Below are positions 9,917 through 20,460 of a stretch of 64,000 nt of DNA, one piece after another. How positions within the stretch are numbered: the stretch's first letter is position 1; the number at the start of each line of letters is the position of its first letter. This DNA is from a virus, in the IMG/VR virus record IMGVR_UViG_3300036766_000317, positions 1 to 64,000 of that record, one strand, 5' to 3'. A program made the position numbers and the translations under genes. The notes under the pieces were generated by a model. It saw nothing but the letters and a program-made list of their open reading frames with translations. It was not told where the DNA came from and did not search any database.

Positions 9917-10428
9917 TTGAATCCCTCCACATAGATGGTCTCATGATCTCTCGCCTTCATATCTAGCCCTTCTCTAAAAGGCCTAAGTTTCACTTCTTTA
10001 AAACCAATGGAAGCTATGATCAAAGGTAAATTTTCCTCATCAAATAAAAACTGATGGTGGCCATCTAGATAAGCAAAATAATTGATGAAATCTATCTTTG
10101 AATAGAAATGGTAAGCAGGAAGATACAAATCCGTATCCGGTATCTTGAACAGCTCTGGTTTCAGATATGCTTCTATATAGATTCTAGCATTGGGCACAGC
10201 CGCCTCAAACAAACCACCAGATTTCAATACTCGACGGCACTCATGAAGCAGCTTTATCATATTGGTATAAGGAAAATGCTCTAGTAAATGGGAAGAATAA
10301 ATCCTATCAACAGAGCCCTCTGCAAAAGGGAGAAGATTATTTAAATCACGACAAATATCACTTCTTGGATCTTTGTCTATAGTAATCCACCCTTCCCTCC
10401 TTTCAAAAGCTCCTAATTCTACTTTCAT
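9913..10428 (-). CDS. class I SAM methyltransferase (type 11-like)
   Basis: VELGA, SSHLLEH, RVLKSGG....VP. Confidence 0.85.
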   Translation of the reverse strand: MKVELGAFERREGWITIDKDPRSDICRDLNNLLPFAEGSVDRIYSSHLLEHFPYTNMIKLLHECRRVLKSGGLFEAAVPNARIYIEAYLKPELFKIPDTDLYLPAYHFYSKIDFINYFAYLDGHHQFLFDEENLPLIIASIGFKEVKLRPFREGLDMKARDHETIYVEGFK

Positions 10429-11096
10429 ACAAACCTCCAATTATTAATCAGAATTGTTCTATCCTCTTGAGCAGGAACCTTTGCTGTTGCGTAATAGAAC
10501 TTCTTAGTAGAATGCAGATCTGGAATGACATCCACAAAATTACACAGGCTGCTATCTATACAGTGTATTTCTTCGGCTTTCAAAAGAACGGTATACCAGT
10601 CAAAGATATTAAAGTCATCTATCGGCCCGAATAAAACTTTTGAAAGCGGTGTACCTATAAAATTTTGAGAGTCCCACGTATTCTCATGAACTACTGCATA
10701 TCTATCTCCGTATCTTGCTATGATCTTGTCATATAAAGCAAGTTCCTTCTCATTATTCCTATTCCACACTAAGTTCCAACGATAGCTTATCGGAACTTGC
10801 GCCAAATGATATTTCATAGATACAAAACTCTGCCAAGTGAGTCTAGACGCCATCCACAATTTATGTAAAACAGTATCCGTATTCAAACCAAAACTAAGAT
10901 CAATAATCCTTTCATATTCAGAGTCTTCCACATCTACGGGACGTACATAATCTATATTTCGGAACAAAGGGTGGTACTCTTTTGGGCACAACCACTCCAC
11001 TTTGTAATTGTACGGTTTTTTCGTGTACCAAAAAGCTATAGGCAAACAGATCAATATATCTCCATGTCTGCCTGGTTGATTTATAAGTAATTTCAT
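10425..11096 (-). CDS. GT-B (GT9-like) glycosyltransferase
   Basis: GRHGDILICLP N-terminus and A..IHCIDSS motif. Confidence 0.6.
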   Translation of the reverse strand: MKLLINQPGRHGDILICLPIAFWYTKKPYNYKVEWLCPKEYHPLFRNIDYVRPVDVEDSEYERIIDLSFGLNTDTVLHKLWMASRLTWQSFVSMKYHLAQVPISYRWNLVWNRNNEKELALYDKIIARYGDRYAVVHENTWDSQNFIGTPLSKVLFGPIDDFNIFDWYTVLLKAEEIHCIDSSLCNFVDVIPDLHSTKKFYYATAKVPAQEDRTILINNWRFV

Positions 11097-11725
11097 CCTA
11101 TTCTCCTATGCACCATAAATAAATGAGAATTTGGACATGTCTTAGTATAAGAATCCTTTATTCCTTTAACTTCTGTAGATGAATAAGTACAAACCCAACC
11201 ACACCTACGAAATAAATTAAGCCACCAACTAGAATCCTCACAAATGACATGAGTGATGTCCTTATTATTTGATGGAGCCACATATTTACCGCAAGAACCT
11301 AAAGGGACTATCGTGAACAGTTGTTCCACATTGAATACTTCCAATAAATAAATAAGTTCTTTTTCCGATATATGCTCTAATACATCTTTACAAACGCCAT
11401 ACTTAAAAGGAGACTTGCTTTCTTTCCAATCTGCTAATAGAGTCCTTGTCTTTACCAGATATGGTTTTGCTTCTTCATCTGCATGAGAAAGAGCGTATTC
11501 ACTGACATCCGACCCCCAAGCATCCCTACGTAACATACGCAAAGCCCGAACAAGGTACGCTTTTGCACAACCAAAATCTATAATTGTTTCATTTGGTTTT
11601 ATATGCAGAAAATCAATGATGGACATCGCTAATGGAAACGTGAGTTCGGGAATCCATCTGTAATTCTGATAATTACTCAAGCCCGTTTCTACACCAGATT
11701 CATAATAATCCCGGTCGTAAATCAT
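11093..11725 (-). CDS. class I SAM methyltransferase
   Basis: IDFGCAKAYLV, G.DVSEYA, DVLEH. Confidence 0.85.
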   Translation of the reverse strand: MIYDRDYYESGVETGLSNYQNYRWIPELTFPLAMSIIDFLHIKPNETIIDFGCAKAYLVRALRMLRRDAWGSDVSEYALSHADEEAKPYLVKTRTLLADWKESKSPFKYGVCKDVLEHISEKELIYLLEVFNVEQLFTIVPLGSCGKYVAPSNNKDITHVICEDSSWWLNLFRRCGWVCTYSSTEVKGIKDSYTKTCPNSHLFMVHRRIG

Positions 11726-12666
11726 AAGAAATTTTCCATTTCTGGATTGATAAGTGATTCTACTAAACTATTCTGTGTACCAAAAACACAGTTGGTACAG
11801 TTCTTACTATCATATGGTTTTGCCTTTTTCATGCAAGATTCGATGAAATCTTCCGTAGTCATCCATCTGAATTTCTTATGAAAAGATCGATCTGCCGATT
11901 CATTAAGAACTATAGAACTGCACCTATATACATACCCATCATGAAGAATAAATGGTTTAAAGTACCCCCACCAACATCTTTCAGGCCTTGAAAAAACCTT
12001 CTCTTGATAAAAGAAAGGAGGACCATAATTAGCCACCATTCGGGAAAGACGAATATTAACGTATTTCAACTCGGTTTCGGAGACCTGACAATTGGGAACA
12101 ATCCTTATATACTTTGGATGATATAAATCCGAATAATTCTTGAGTTTATTCCAAGTGCTATTGGTTGTTTTCTCATTGACAACGTAGCTAAATCCGAGAA
12201 CTCCTTTATAATCTGTGGGTATTTCAATATCAGAAACATAATCCAATGAATTTAAAGAAATCCTGATCCAGTCTAAGAAGTCAACATAACTACCAACTTT
12301 ACTAACGAGATCAATTCCATTAGTAATAAACCCTTGTTTAAAACCAAGAGTATTGGCTCGACGGATCACATTTTTAATGAAAGGATATTGTGTAGGGTCA
12401 CCACCACCAGTCCATTCCACTGATTTCGATCCTGATCTTGCCATTTCACATAAAAAAATATGGATACGGGTATTATCCAAATCTTCATGTTTCCGCCTAT
12501 TTACATTGGAACAAAAGACGCACTTGAGATTGCACCTACTTGTAGGTGCAATCTGTAAAGAGATTGGTTTAATCTTTCCAGTATCTTGGAAGAACTTTAG
12601 ATAATCAAGGTGACGTAGGATCTTCTTCCCTGTTGATGTATACACAGACATTTTGAATTCCTCCAA
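11722..12666 (-). CDS. radical SAM/SPASM-twitch protein
   Basis: CNLKCVFC, TGGGDP, ITNG, C-terminal Cys cluster. Confidence 0.85.
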   Translation of the reverse strand: MEEFKMSVYTSTGKKILRHLDYLKFFQDTGKIKPISLQIAPTSRCNLKCVFCSNVNRRKHEDLDNTRIHIFLCEMARSGSKSVEWTGGGDPTQYPFIKNVIRRANTLGFKQGFITNGIDLVSKVGSYVDFLDWIRISLNSLDYVSDIEIPTDYKGVLGFSYVVNEKTTNSTWNKLKNYSDLYHPKYIRIVPNCQVSETELKYVNIRLSRMVANYGPPFFYQEKVFSRPERCWWGYFKPFILHDGYVYRCSSIVLNESADRSFHKKFRWMTTEDFIESCMKKAKPYDSKNCTNCVFGTQNSLVESLINPEMENFL

Positions 12667-12671
12667 TTGAA

Positions 12672-14321
12672 CTACTTTACTGGTTTTGGTATCTTTTTCT
12701 TCTTCACTACTGGAACAACTTCTCCTGGTTTCGGTTTAATCGGTTGACCATCAGCCCCTACTTTCTGTTTGGGTTCCGCTTGCTGTCCAGCGGCATCAAC
12801 AGGTGGCTGTAATTCAGGGAATCTATCCTCTTCAGTAGCCTGTTCCAATCTCAGACGACGATAGTTACCAAAGCCGACCTTCCTAGCAATCTCCTTATTC
12901 GGGATACCAAGAACGTCATAAACCGATCCATGCTTCACTCCTAAGTAAGCGCGAGCACGGGTCTCCGCATCAGTGACCTCCGAAGTCGGAAAGGTTATGT
13001 CAATCAGTTGTTCTGGTTTTACATCTATATCCTTAAACACAGGCTTCTTTCCTTTAAAATCAACAGCCGTTCTTACAGAGAATTTTTCTGGGAAATCTGA
13101 TACTTTACTCATAAGGAAGAAAACAGCCCGATAAAAATCATACCGTAGAAACCGTTCATAATATGCAATTTCATCCATGATACGATCAGACATGGGCCCA
13201 CGAGACGCTTTTACCGAAGCAAACGTGCCTTTCGATTGTCCTGTAGACACGTCTTCCGGTTCGTTAAGCCCCCCGGTGACCATATGCAGAATGTCCGTAT
13301 CAGCATCACTAATAGAAGGGAGTTTTGGATTCTGTGCCGTTATAGTCATACCGGGAGGCAGAACGAGTGTACTACCAGGTGTCTTCTTGGCCATAATACC
13401 TGTCTTACGTCTTTCCTCGTCAGTCAGACTAAGCCAAGTACGGAATGCTTTCGGGTCTTCGATAGCAACAACCCATAAATAGGCTCCTGCTGATTTCTTG
13501 TGGTCTATCTCATATTTCTTAAGGTTTTCATAATGATTTAGCCATTCTACAACTGTCCGAAGATAAGAGATATTCCTCCTAGTCACAAAAGACCGATCCC
13601 AAGAAACAATAAACCTTTGAAATCCGCCCATATCATTGAATGTATTCTTACTGTTTCTGGAATCTTTGGTCTGCTCCTCCTTATACCCTGCACATTTCTT
13701 AGCCACTTTGTGCAAGTCGGGATAGTAAGCCATATATATGGAAGGGACAAGGGTGATATTACTCGCAGACGAATACTTGCTAGAATCAGTCATGGTTACA
13801 AAATAGAATAACGGGAAGGTTGTTTTTGTAGGATGATAGATAATACCATCTTCCCCACCCCCTGTTATAGACGAAGGATCAAGAAAATCAACTTCAACAA
13901 ACCCATCAGGATGGACTGTGAGCATCAGGAAAAGTTCTCCTTCGATAAAAGCTCTTCCAACAAACTTCGTCCAGTTTGAGTACAACCGATTTCTCGGATC
14001 TCGTTCAATCAACTCGATTTTCTCTTGAATTTCAAAGATTTCCGAAGAAATCTCAAAACCAAGACCCGTTAAACGACCAACTTGTCCTCGAATTGCTGTA
14101 CCAACAAAGGGGCTTTTATTGAACTTGTCCCAACATACCTTTTGCAAATTTGCTCGGTCTTCTAAAGGATTAACTCCTCCTACTGCAAAACCATCAGCAT
14201 CTTTTGTTTCGTCTCCGGATATGTCTTCTTGCCACGGCATGGTCATCCTTATAGCCATAAGCTCGTCATCATCCAATTTACTTAAAGCAGACGTTATTTT
14301 GTCAATTTTCTCGATTTTCAT
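12672..14321 (-). CDS. portal protein
   Basis: size and position; RAFIEGELFL, PG..LVLPPG, G.FAS...S patterns typical of portals. Confidence 0.75.
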   Translation of the reverse strand: MKIEKIDKITSALSKLDDDELMAIRMTMPWQEDISGDETKDADGFAVGGVNPLEDRANLQKVCWDKFNKSPFVGTAIRGQVGRLTGLGFEISSEIFEIQEKIELIERDPRNRLYSNWTKFVGRAFIEGELFLMLTVHPDGFVEVDFLDPSSITGGGEDGIIYHPTKTTFPLFYFVTMTDSSKYSSASNITLVPSIYMAYYPDLHKVAKKCAGYKEEQTKDSRNSKNTFNDMGGFQRFIVSWDRSFVTRRNISYLRTVVEWLNHYENLKKYEIDHKKSAGAYLWVVAIEDPKAFRTWLSLTDEERRKTGIMAKKTPGSTLVLPPGMTITAQNPKLPSISDADTDILHMVTGGLNEPEDVSTGQSKGTFASVKASRGPMSDRIMDEIAYYERFLRYDFYRAVFFLMSKVSDFPEKFSVRTAVDFKGKKPVFKDIDVKPEQLIDITFPTSEVTDAETRARAYLGVKHGSVYDVLGIPNKEIARKVGFGNYRRLRLEQATEEDRFPELQPPVDAAGQQAEPKQKVGADGQPIKPKPGEVVPVVKKKKIPKPVK

Positions 14322-14343
14322 AAAATTTCCTCGAAAAAGGATT

Positions 14344-15549
14344 TTACTTCAATGTTAAAAAGTCTAATCTGGACAAAAGATTCTTTACAAATGCCCCAAA
14401 AGATCCCACTACCGAATGTTCCGCCGTTCCCTCATCCCACACAGCTTTTGAAATAGTTGACATACCAATTAAACCTGTTACGTCAACTTCAGTCGTTCCC
14501 GTACTATTATTTACACATATTCCCACACCCTTGACCAATATTGTTCCATCTTCTACCGATGAATCTACTATCAACCTACCTGCCGCCAAGTAAACACTGA
14601 TGTTTGCTGCATGATCCAAATCCATTAAAGTCAGACCACCACTATATTGATTGAAACTCACACTGGTAGCCGTTCCTACTCGAATTATTGGAGTCGCGGC
14701 ACCAGGGAACCCGTCCACACAATTAATAAACATGGTTGACCCCACTGCATGAAGAGAAATATCCCCTTTTAAAACCGAATCTTTAATTTCTCCACTGAGA
14801 TTTGTTAGGCCCAGGAGTTCATATCCAAGTTGGCAGTCAATAACCGTAAGGTTACAATCTTCCCCCATCCCGCCGGAAAGAGTGGCCTTTTCAAGTTGAG
14901 TTCCTTCACACATACAGGCGTCGAAGGCAAGATGGGTCAAGGATTTACTTTCTCCTATAAATATCAATCCTCCCATCGCCTCTCCCGTAATGAATGCGTA
15001 ATCTCCTATAATAAAAAACTTCTTAAAACCTCTGGACAAGGCTATTTCTTTTGCCTGGGCAAAATTACTCGACGGTGTTTCCGCCGTCCCTATCGGATAT
15101 GCTGTTCCAGGAATCCCATTTACCACATCTATCGTTACACCGCCATTGAAAGAAGAATACTGAATTGCTGACATTTCCTGTAAGGTGGTTGATGAAGATG
15201 CCGTTATAGTAGCCATAACATTATCTGAATATGCCAACGGATACATTGTAGCTCCATTTATATCAACAGCAACCAAATTTCCACCGGACACCTTGCATAT
15301 TGTCGGAGTAAGTCTTGCCTCGAACATGACTTTGGCATTTTCTAATTTAGCAGTGATTCCTACCATAACAGAACCACCTAAATCTTCTTTTCCGGAAGCA
15401 GATAGTAATCTGGGATAACTCATATTTACCTGAGTAGCTTCCCATATACGAATTTGAGTTACCAGCGACTGAATGTCAATTTCTGGGCCATCAGTCGCTG
15501 GTATTGTAATGATTCTTGGACTAACTATTGGGTTGACCTGGATCGACAT
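14344..15549 (-). CDS. virion structural protein (beta-rich, fibre/appendage-like)
   Basis: G/S/T-rich, GTA..P motif, C-terminal AVWDE....H...GSFG repeat. Confidence 0.55.
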   Translation of the reverse strand: MSIQVNPIVSPRIITIPATDGPEIDIQSLVTQIRIWEATQVNMSYPRLLSASGKEDLGGSVMVGITAKLENAKVMFEARLTPTICKVSGGNLVAVDINGATMYPLAYSDNVMATITASSSTTLQEMSAIQYSSFNGGVTIDVVNGIPGTAYPIGTAETPSSNFAQAKEIALSRGFKKFFIIGDYAFITGEAMGGLIFIGESKSLTHLAFDACMCEGTQLEKATLSGGMGEDCNLTVIDCQLGYELLGLTNLSGEIKDSVLKGDISLHAVGSTMFINCVDGFPGAATPIIRVGTATSVSFNQYSGGLTLMDLDHAANISVYLAAGRLIVDSSVEDGTILVKGVGICVNNSTGTTEVDVTGLIGMSTISKAVWDEGTAEHSVVGSFGAFVKNLLSRLDFLTLK

Positions 15550-15712
15550 TACTCCCCCTGTTATACTCTTCCCATTCTCTTATGTAAGATTGAAGCTCAT
15601 CCATCCGAGTTTCCTCTTTGGTTATGCCTTGCCGAAAAGCCAAAATATTAGTCTGACACTGCATCACAGCCGTCCGAAGAGGTCCTAACTCATATTGCGG
15701 TTTTTTCATCAT
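15521..15712 (-). CDS. small coiled-coil hypothetical protein
   Basis: GGAGG RBS; in operon. Confidence 0.6.
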   Translation of the reverse strand: MMKKPQYELGPLRTAVMQCQTNILAFRQGITKEETRMDELQSYIREWEEYNRGSNVDPGQPNS

Positions 15713-15718
15713 TCCTCC

Positions 15719-17692
15719 TTATAAGGCAATACCGTCAGTTGTTCTGGTTGCGTTAACCGTCACTCCGGCGTCAGGGATTGAGGTATCCTGCGACCAAGGA
15801 ACAATAGCATTTGGGGATGCCGCGTAATGCCGAACAACCGTTCGGATATAGACTGTTGAAGGAGGACTCAAAACCTTAATGACAACATTTTGAATCGTGT
15901 CACTTCCCGCCACATCGTCAATGATGGGAATATAAACTTTGTCCCCACTTTCACACTGTGTCCCCAACGTACCAACAAGAGTAAATGTTTTGTTTACCCA
16001 TGAAGTGTATTCAGCCAGAACTTCCAGACCATCGGCTGCGCGGACCACTCTTAAATAACCCGCGGACGGAGGATCAATTCCCGACCATCCAGCTATGATG
16101 TTTTCATTCACCACAACGGTCGTTACATTCGCAAGATGCTGACCATCTAAAGAATACGTGTCTTTTTCGATGTCTCCCCCACTGGACGAAAGCATGAACA
16201 TTCCAACAGTATCTCCAGATGAAAGCGCCACTACCTTGCAAGGCACAGCGTTAGGCGGATTTACCGTTGTTCCGTCTGACGAGATAAGTTGGAACAACTG
16301 TGCATCATCTCCATGATAACCCTCAATCCATACACCTTTTGCCCCGAAGAGCTTCCCACCAGCAAATGTCCCGAATGGGGAAACTTTCACAGGGGCATAA
16401 GCTGAATCGGCTGCAATATATTCTTCCCCGTTATCAGCAGGGTCAAATAACTGAACAATACTGCCTTCTCGACAAACGTACTTACAGGCTTCATATACTT
16501 CGGCAACATGAGCGCCGTCGCAATCAATCACCACATCATAGTTCTTTGTCACTCCTCCAAGAGTTTTAGAATATGGTGCTCCATCAAAAGCAAAAGTAAT
16601 CGTGTAAGTTGTGCCGTCAAGATAATCCTCAACAGTTGCCGCTGAAGACGTGTTGTTAAGATCAAGAGCGGTTGCAAGAGGAACGGCTTGACGACCTGCC
16701 GTAAGAGTAATTGGAAAATGGTCATACAAAGCAGCATCACCCGCAGCAGGATAGTAACGACAAAACACGATGATGTTGCCGGAGTCTATTGTTACACCAA
16801 GTTCCTTGACCTTGATCAAAACGTCGAATGCGTCAATCCCTGTCGCCCACCATGCAGTCAATTTTACACTATTTTGGACAACGTAGATAGTGTCGTCTTC
16901 ACTGGTCAAAGTACCCAGTGTGTAGACATTGACATAGAGATTTTCGCCAGTAGTAGAAACCACCGTCTGATCCCCCAAATCGTGGTTTCCCCCACCAGTG
17001 TCGATAAATACATTCTGGGCGGCATTCTGGAAAGTATCTCCAGCGGCATCACACCTTACCCACAAAGTCTTTCTTGCAGCATTATAGGCAAGCAATATTC
17101 CCGAATTGGAACCTTCAACAACATTTTTACCTATATCCGACGCTTGCACAGCGGAAGCATCGGTCACGGTTACAAGTCTGATTCCCGTAGGATTTGTCGG
17201 GTGCGTCCAACCGACCGTTTCAATAGCACCATCGTTGAGCCACTTAACAGTCTCGTCGTCAATGAACCAACCATTAATCAGAGTAAAAGCATTCGGCGTC
17301 TGAGCTGTCATTGGAACAGGAATCGACATATTTGCCTGATTGTCTGCCCAATTCATTAAAAGAGTGTACAACTCTTTTGTCGCATAACCTGGATTGGTCA
17401 GGTAGTAAATATCGGTTGCAACCTGACCCGCGATGGATGCACAGGTAATCGTTTTAGTCGCCTGGTCATAATTAGTGACCAGGCCCGAAAGACCTCTGGT
17501 TACATTGTGGACGGTGTATCCATTGTAAAAATCATCCACGTTGCTGATTAACGCCGCATCAACAAGAGTCGTTGCATTTGTAGTTGCATCGGCAGTGTTA
17601 GTACCGGATACTGGTTCCCTGCACACATAGGGAGCGGCTTGGTAAATCCGTTTGTTTACACCATCAATCAAAAGATCAGTTGCTATTTCCAT
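15719..17692 (-). CDS. virion structural protein (fibre/appendage-like)
   Basis: 657 aa, T/G/D-rich beta sequence; RBS GAGGA. Confidence 0.6.
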   Translation of the reverse strand: MEIATDLLIDGVNKRIYQAAPYVCREPVSGTNTADATTNATTLVDAALISNVDDFYNGYTVHNVTRGLSGLVTNYDQATKTITCASIAGQVATDIYYLTNPGYATKELYTLLMNWADNQANMSIPVPMTAQTPNAFTLINGWFIDDETVKWLNDGAIETVGWTHPTNPTGIRLVTVTDASAVQASDIGKNVVEGSNSGILLAYNAARKTLWVRCDAAGDTFQNAAQNVFIDTGGGNHDLGDQTVVSTTGENLYVNVYTLGTLTSEDDTIYVVQNSVKLTAWWATGIDAFDVLIKVKELGVTIDSGNIIVFCRYYPAAGDAALYDHFPITLTAGRQAVPLATALDLNNTSSAATVEDYLDGTTYTITFAFDGAPYSKTLGGVTKNYDVVIDCDGAHVAEVYEACKYVCREGSIVQLFDPADNGEEYIAADSAYAPVKVSPFGTFAGGKLFGAKGVWIEGYHGDDAQLFQLISSDGTTVNPPNAVPCKVVALSSGDTVGMFMLSSSGGDIEKDTYSLDGQHLANVTTVVVNENIIAGWSGIDPPSAGYLRVVRAADGLEVLAEYTSWVNKTFTLVGTLGTQCESGDKVYIPIIDDVAGSDTIQNVVIKVLSPPSTVYIRTVVRHYAASPNAIVPWSQDTSIPDAGVTVNATRTTDGIAL

Positions 17693-17705
17693 TTTTTGTT
17701 CCTCC

Positions 17706-19436
17706 TCAAATCTGTAATGGGTCTACTGTTAAGGTAACCGGGAGCGTTATAGCCGCACTTTCTATATCAACGATTTGTTGAAACATGAAGTATCCATACT
17801 TTCGTACTCTCCATGTTGCATTTGCCACTGGCCCTGCTGTATGTTGGACTGATGCCTCACCACTTCCATCAGTAACATCATCCAAGATAAACGCGGACTG
17901 GTTATTGTCATCAATGTAACATCTAACTCCGACCATCGGATTGCCAGCTTCGTCCTTAACTGAGATCATCAAAGTAATAGAACTTGGAAACGTAGTCGAA
18001 GCATCGGTTCCATTTTTTACTGTTGGTTCAGTAGTTCCTACCAGAGTTATGGCAATCGCTTTTCCGCTGTTATTATAAATCGCAGCATTAGTAGAACCAG
18101 CAGCTCCATAACCAGTAAAAGTCATGTTTGTGAGAGTTATAGCCGAGGGACAGTTTGGTCCTAATTCTATAGCATGACCCGTTCCACCAGAAGAAAACAA
18201 AGTACCTGCGAGCAAAGCACTTGTATTGCTGGCTATGTTCCAATTTAATGCAACTGCCACTGTTGCAGAAATAAAACCGCAATCCTTTATATAACCCCCT
18301 CCAGCAGTGACTAATCCAATTTGAGATATGAATAATGAGTTTTTCACAGACGATGTGCCGAGCGTCATAACCCCGCAACCCTGAAAGGTATTACTGAAAT
18401 ACTCATTCGCCGTATTAACACCCAGAACTATCGTCCCCTTGATATCCTTAAATGTGGTTCCATACATCTTGGTTACAGAACTGGCATGATTCCCAGAATA
18501 CAGAGTCATGGATATAATAGAGTTTGGATCTCCAATAAACACACTGCCGGAACGACCGGCCTCTGTACCGACTATGACGCCATCAGTAAATATTGTTGAA
18601 TACACAGAGGAATCTTGCATGACCAAAGTATTGGCGGTGTCAGGATACGAAGTCACCCAGGCACTGCTATAGTAATACTCAGACATGCCAAACTGAAGCA
18701 CTTTACTGGCGGTAGAAATTGCAGTATTCACAGAAGCGGACGTTGCCGTAGTGCCTATCCATATTCCCCCGTAAATATAGTAAATTCCTTCTCGTTCTTG
18801 CAGAACACCCCAGGCTCTATTGGTAAAGTCATTGCAATAAGCCACAGCCTCAGCCCAACCGCCGGAACTTGTGCCTGTTATTCTTAGTCCCTTGCCAACG
18901 GCAAATTGGGAAAACCAGATGGAGTCAGCTCTAACCGAAACATCCGTATCTATGAGGGTCCCGATGTATCTTATATTGTTTTTATCATAGCTTCCGGTAT
19001 CCGCCACAGATCCGAGTTTAGCGGGATCAATGACGAATAGTTTCCACCCTCCAGACCATCCATTCGCATCTGTTTTGTTGGCTATCAAATAATCTCTAAG
19101 AGTAGTATTATTTGCCCCACCTATTCGGATCATAAAGCTATTGCCAGTCTTGAAAGCACCCTTTGCAGAGATATTTATCCACAAATAAAGAAACTGACCT
19201 GCATAAGTGGTGCTAAAATTCATAGCGGTTACTCTATCAAAATAACTATATCCTAATTTAGAAGCATATTGATTTCCAATAGACATAGCGCCACGAAGAT
19301 ACACGTCAGGGTTGGTACCAATAGAACCAGCGCCGAGTTCACCCCAGTCGCCTGTGCCGAGACCGCCCGTGTCGTTGACCATCAGATCAGCGTTGGCTAT
19401 TACTCCTAAACCTTCGTAAATTATCGTTAAAGCCAT
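17706..19436 (-). CDS. virion structural protein with beta-helix-like middle and C-terminal Ig-like domain
   Basis: repeating T/S-F-x-x patterns; V.D..G.P..GV...TDGSG...VRKYGY C-terminus. Confidence 0.6.
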   Translation of the reverse strand: MALTIIYEGLGVIANADLMVNDTGGLGTGDWGELGAGSIGTNPDVYLRGAMSIGNQYASKLGYSYFDRVTAMNFSTTYAGQFLYLWINISAKGAFKTGNSFMIRIGGANNTTLRDYLIANKTDANGWSGGWKLFVIDPAKLGSVADTGSYDKNNIRYIGTLIDTDVSVRADSIWFSQFAVGKGLRITGTSSGGWAEAVAYCNDFTNRAWGVLQEREGIYYIYGGIWIGTTATSASVNTAISTASKVLQFGMSEYYYSSAWVTSYPDTANTLVMQDSSVYSTIFTDGVIVGTEAGRSGSVFIGDPNSIISMTLYSGNHASSVTKMYGTTFKDIKGTIVLGVNTANEYFSNTFQGCGVMTLGTSSVKNSLFISQIGLVTAGGGYIKDCGFISATVAVALNWNIASNTSALLAGTLFSSGGTGHAIELGPNCPSAITLTNMTFTGYGAAGSTNAAIYNNSGKAIAITLVGTTEPTVKNGTDASTTFPSSITLMISVKDEAGNPMVGVRCYIDDNNQSAFILDDVTDGSGEASVQHTAGPVANATWRVRKYGYFMFQQIVDIESAAITLPVTLTVDPLQI

Positions 19437-19907
19437 TTACGAATACTCCAACGTAAGTCGATCAACCCATTTATTTACAAACTCTGGATTTCCTCCAGCC
19501 CAAGTTTTTACCGTTACCCCAGTAAAATCTGCTTTGTAGATCCTCCACACAGTTTCACCTTCCTCTGAATCAAATTCAGCTTCCCCCACATAGATTATAT
19601 TATCTTCGGATGTGGAATCAAGCAACCTCAAATAAACACCTTCTCCAGTACCTGTTCCATCTTCTCCAGGGGGTCCTTGAGGACCTGTCTCAATAGATTC
19701 AATAACAGTCACATCTTCCTCAGTAGAAATGACTTCTACCGTTGGATCCGACTCTATTACAATAACTTCAACAGAGGTATCGACATCTATCGCTATCTGT
19801 TCTGGTACATTCTCCGTAGAAATAATAACATTTACTTCCGCCTCCGATTCCACAATGATTGTGGTATCCTTTTCTACATAAAGGATGTTAGCATCTATAT
19901 CAACCAT
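19437..19907 (-). CDS. fibre-associated protein with short collagen-like motif
   Basis: V/E/I-rich N-terminus, GPQGPPGEDG, YVGEA......WRI motif. Confidence 0.6.
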   Translation of the reverse strand: MVDIDANILYVEKDTTIIVESEAEVNVIISTENVPEQIAIDVDTSVEVIVIESDPTVEVISTEEDVTVIESIETGPQGPPGEDGTGTGEGVYLRLLDSTSEDNIIYVGEAEFDSEEGETVWRIYKADFTGVTVKTWAGGNPEFVNKWVDRLTLEYS

Positions 19908-20328
19908 CTCGCGTCACCGCAGCAATAATGGCAGCTACCCCATACACCTGTAACAAAGCCTCTCCGGATGGACTATACAAAAACAAATCGTAAACACCCG
20001 AAATGTCTTTGTGGGAGGAACACAAATCTTTGGTATCCTCATCTTTGATATATACTCGCCATTTCCCCACATCATCAGGATCATGTTCCTCATATTCATC
20101 ATTGTAGAAGTAAATTCCTGTATTACAATCGGGGGACCAAGCTGCCAACACAGAATCAACAATCAGAAGGGGGGAAACATCTTTGATCTTAGCCCTGACT
20201 TGCATATGGGCTGTGTACCCTGTCAGATCAACAGGAAGGGAAGGAGTTCCTGTTTTCCATTGGAAAGTTTTATTGAAAGTTCCACCTTCAATAATGGTAA
20301 TAGGAATATTGGCCCGAATACACGACAT
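19900..20328 (-). CDS. BppU-N-like fibre attachment protein
   Basis: I.I.EG.TF...PVDLTGYTA.MQVR...GVYDL motif. Confidence 0.65.
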   Translation of the reverse strand: MSCIRANIPITIIEGGTFNKTFQWKTGTPSLPVDLTGYTAHMQVRAKIKDVSPLLIVDSVLAAWSPDCNTGIYFYNDEYEEHDPDDVGKWRVYIKDEDTKDLCSSHKDISGVYDLFLYSPSGEALLQVYGVAAIIAAVTRDG

Positions 20329-20406
20329 ATTTACCTCCTTTTACCTTTTTCCGAGAAAATCGATGATTTTTTACAAAAAAATCTGGATTTCCTTTAAATT
20401 TTCTAC

Positions 20407-20435
20407 CAAAATACATTAAAAAGGACCAAAAGTCA
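20407..20435 (-). promoter_or_regulatory. possible sigma70-type promoter for the fibre/portal genes
   Basis: TTGACT-N17-TATTTT on the minus strand (coordinates approximate to 1-2 nt). Confidence 0.4.
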
Positions 20436-20460
20436 AGTAATTTTTGAAGGAAAACAGAAA

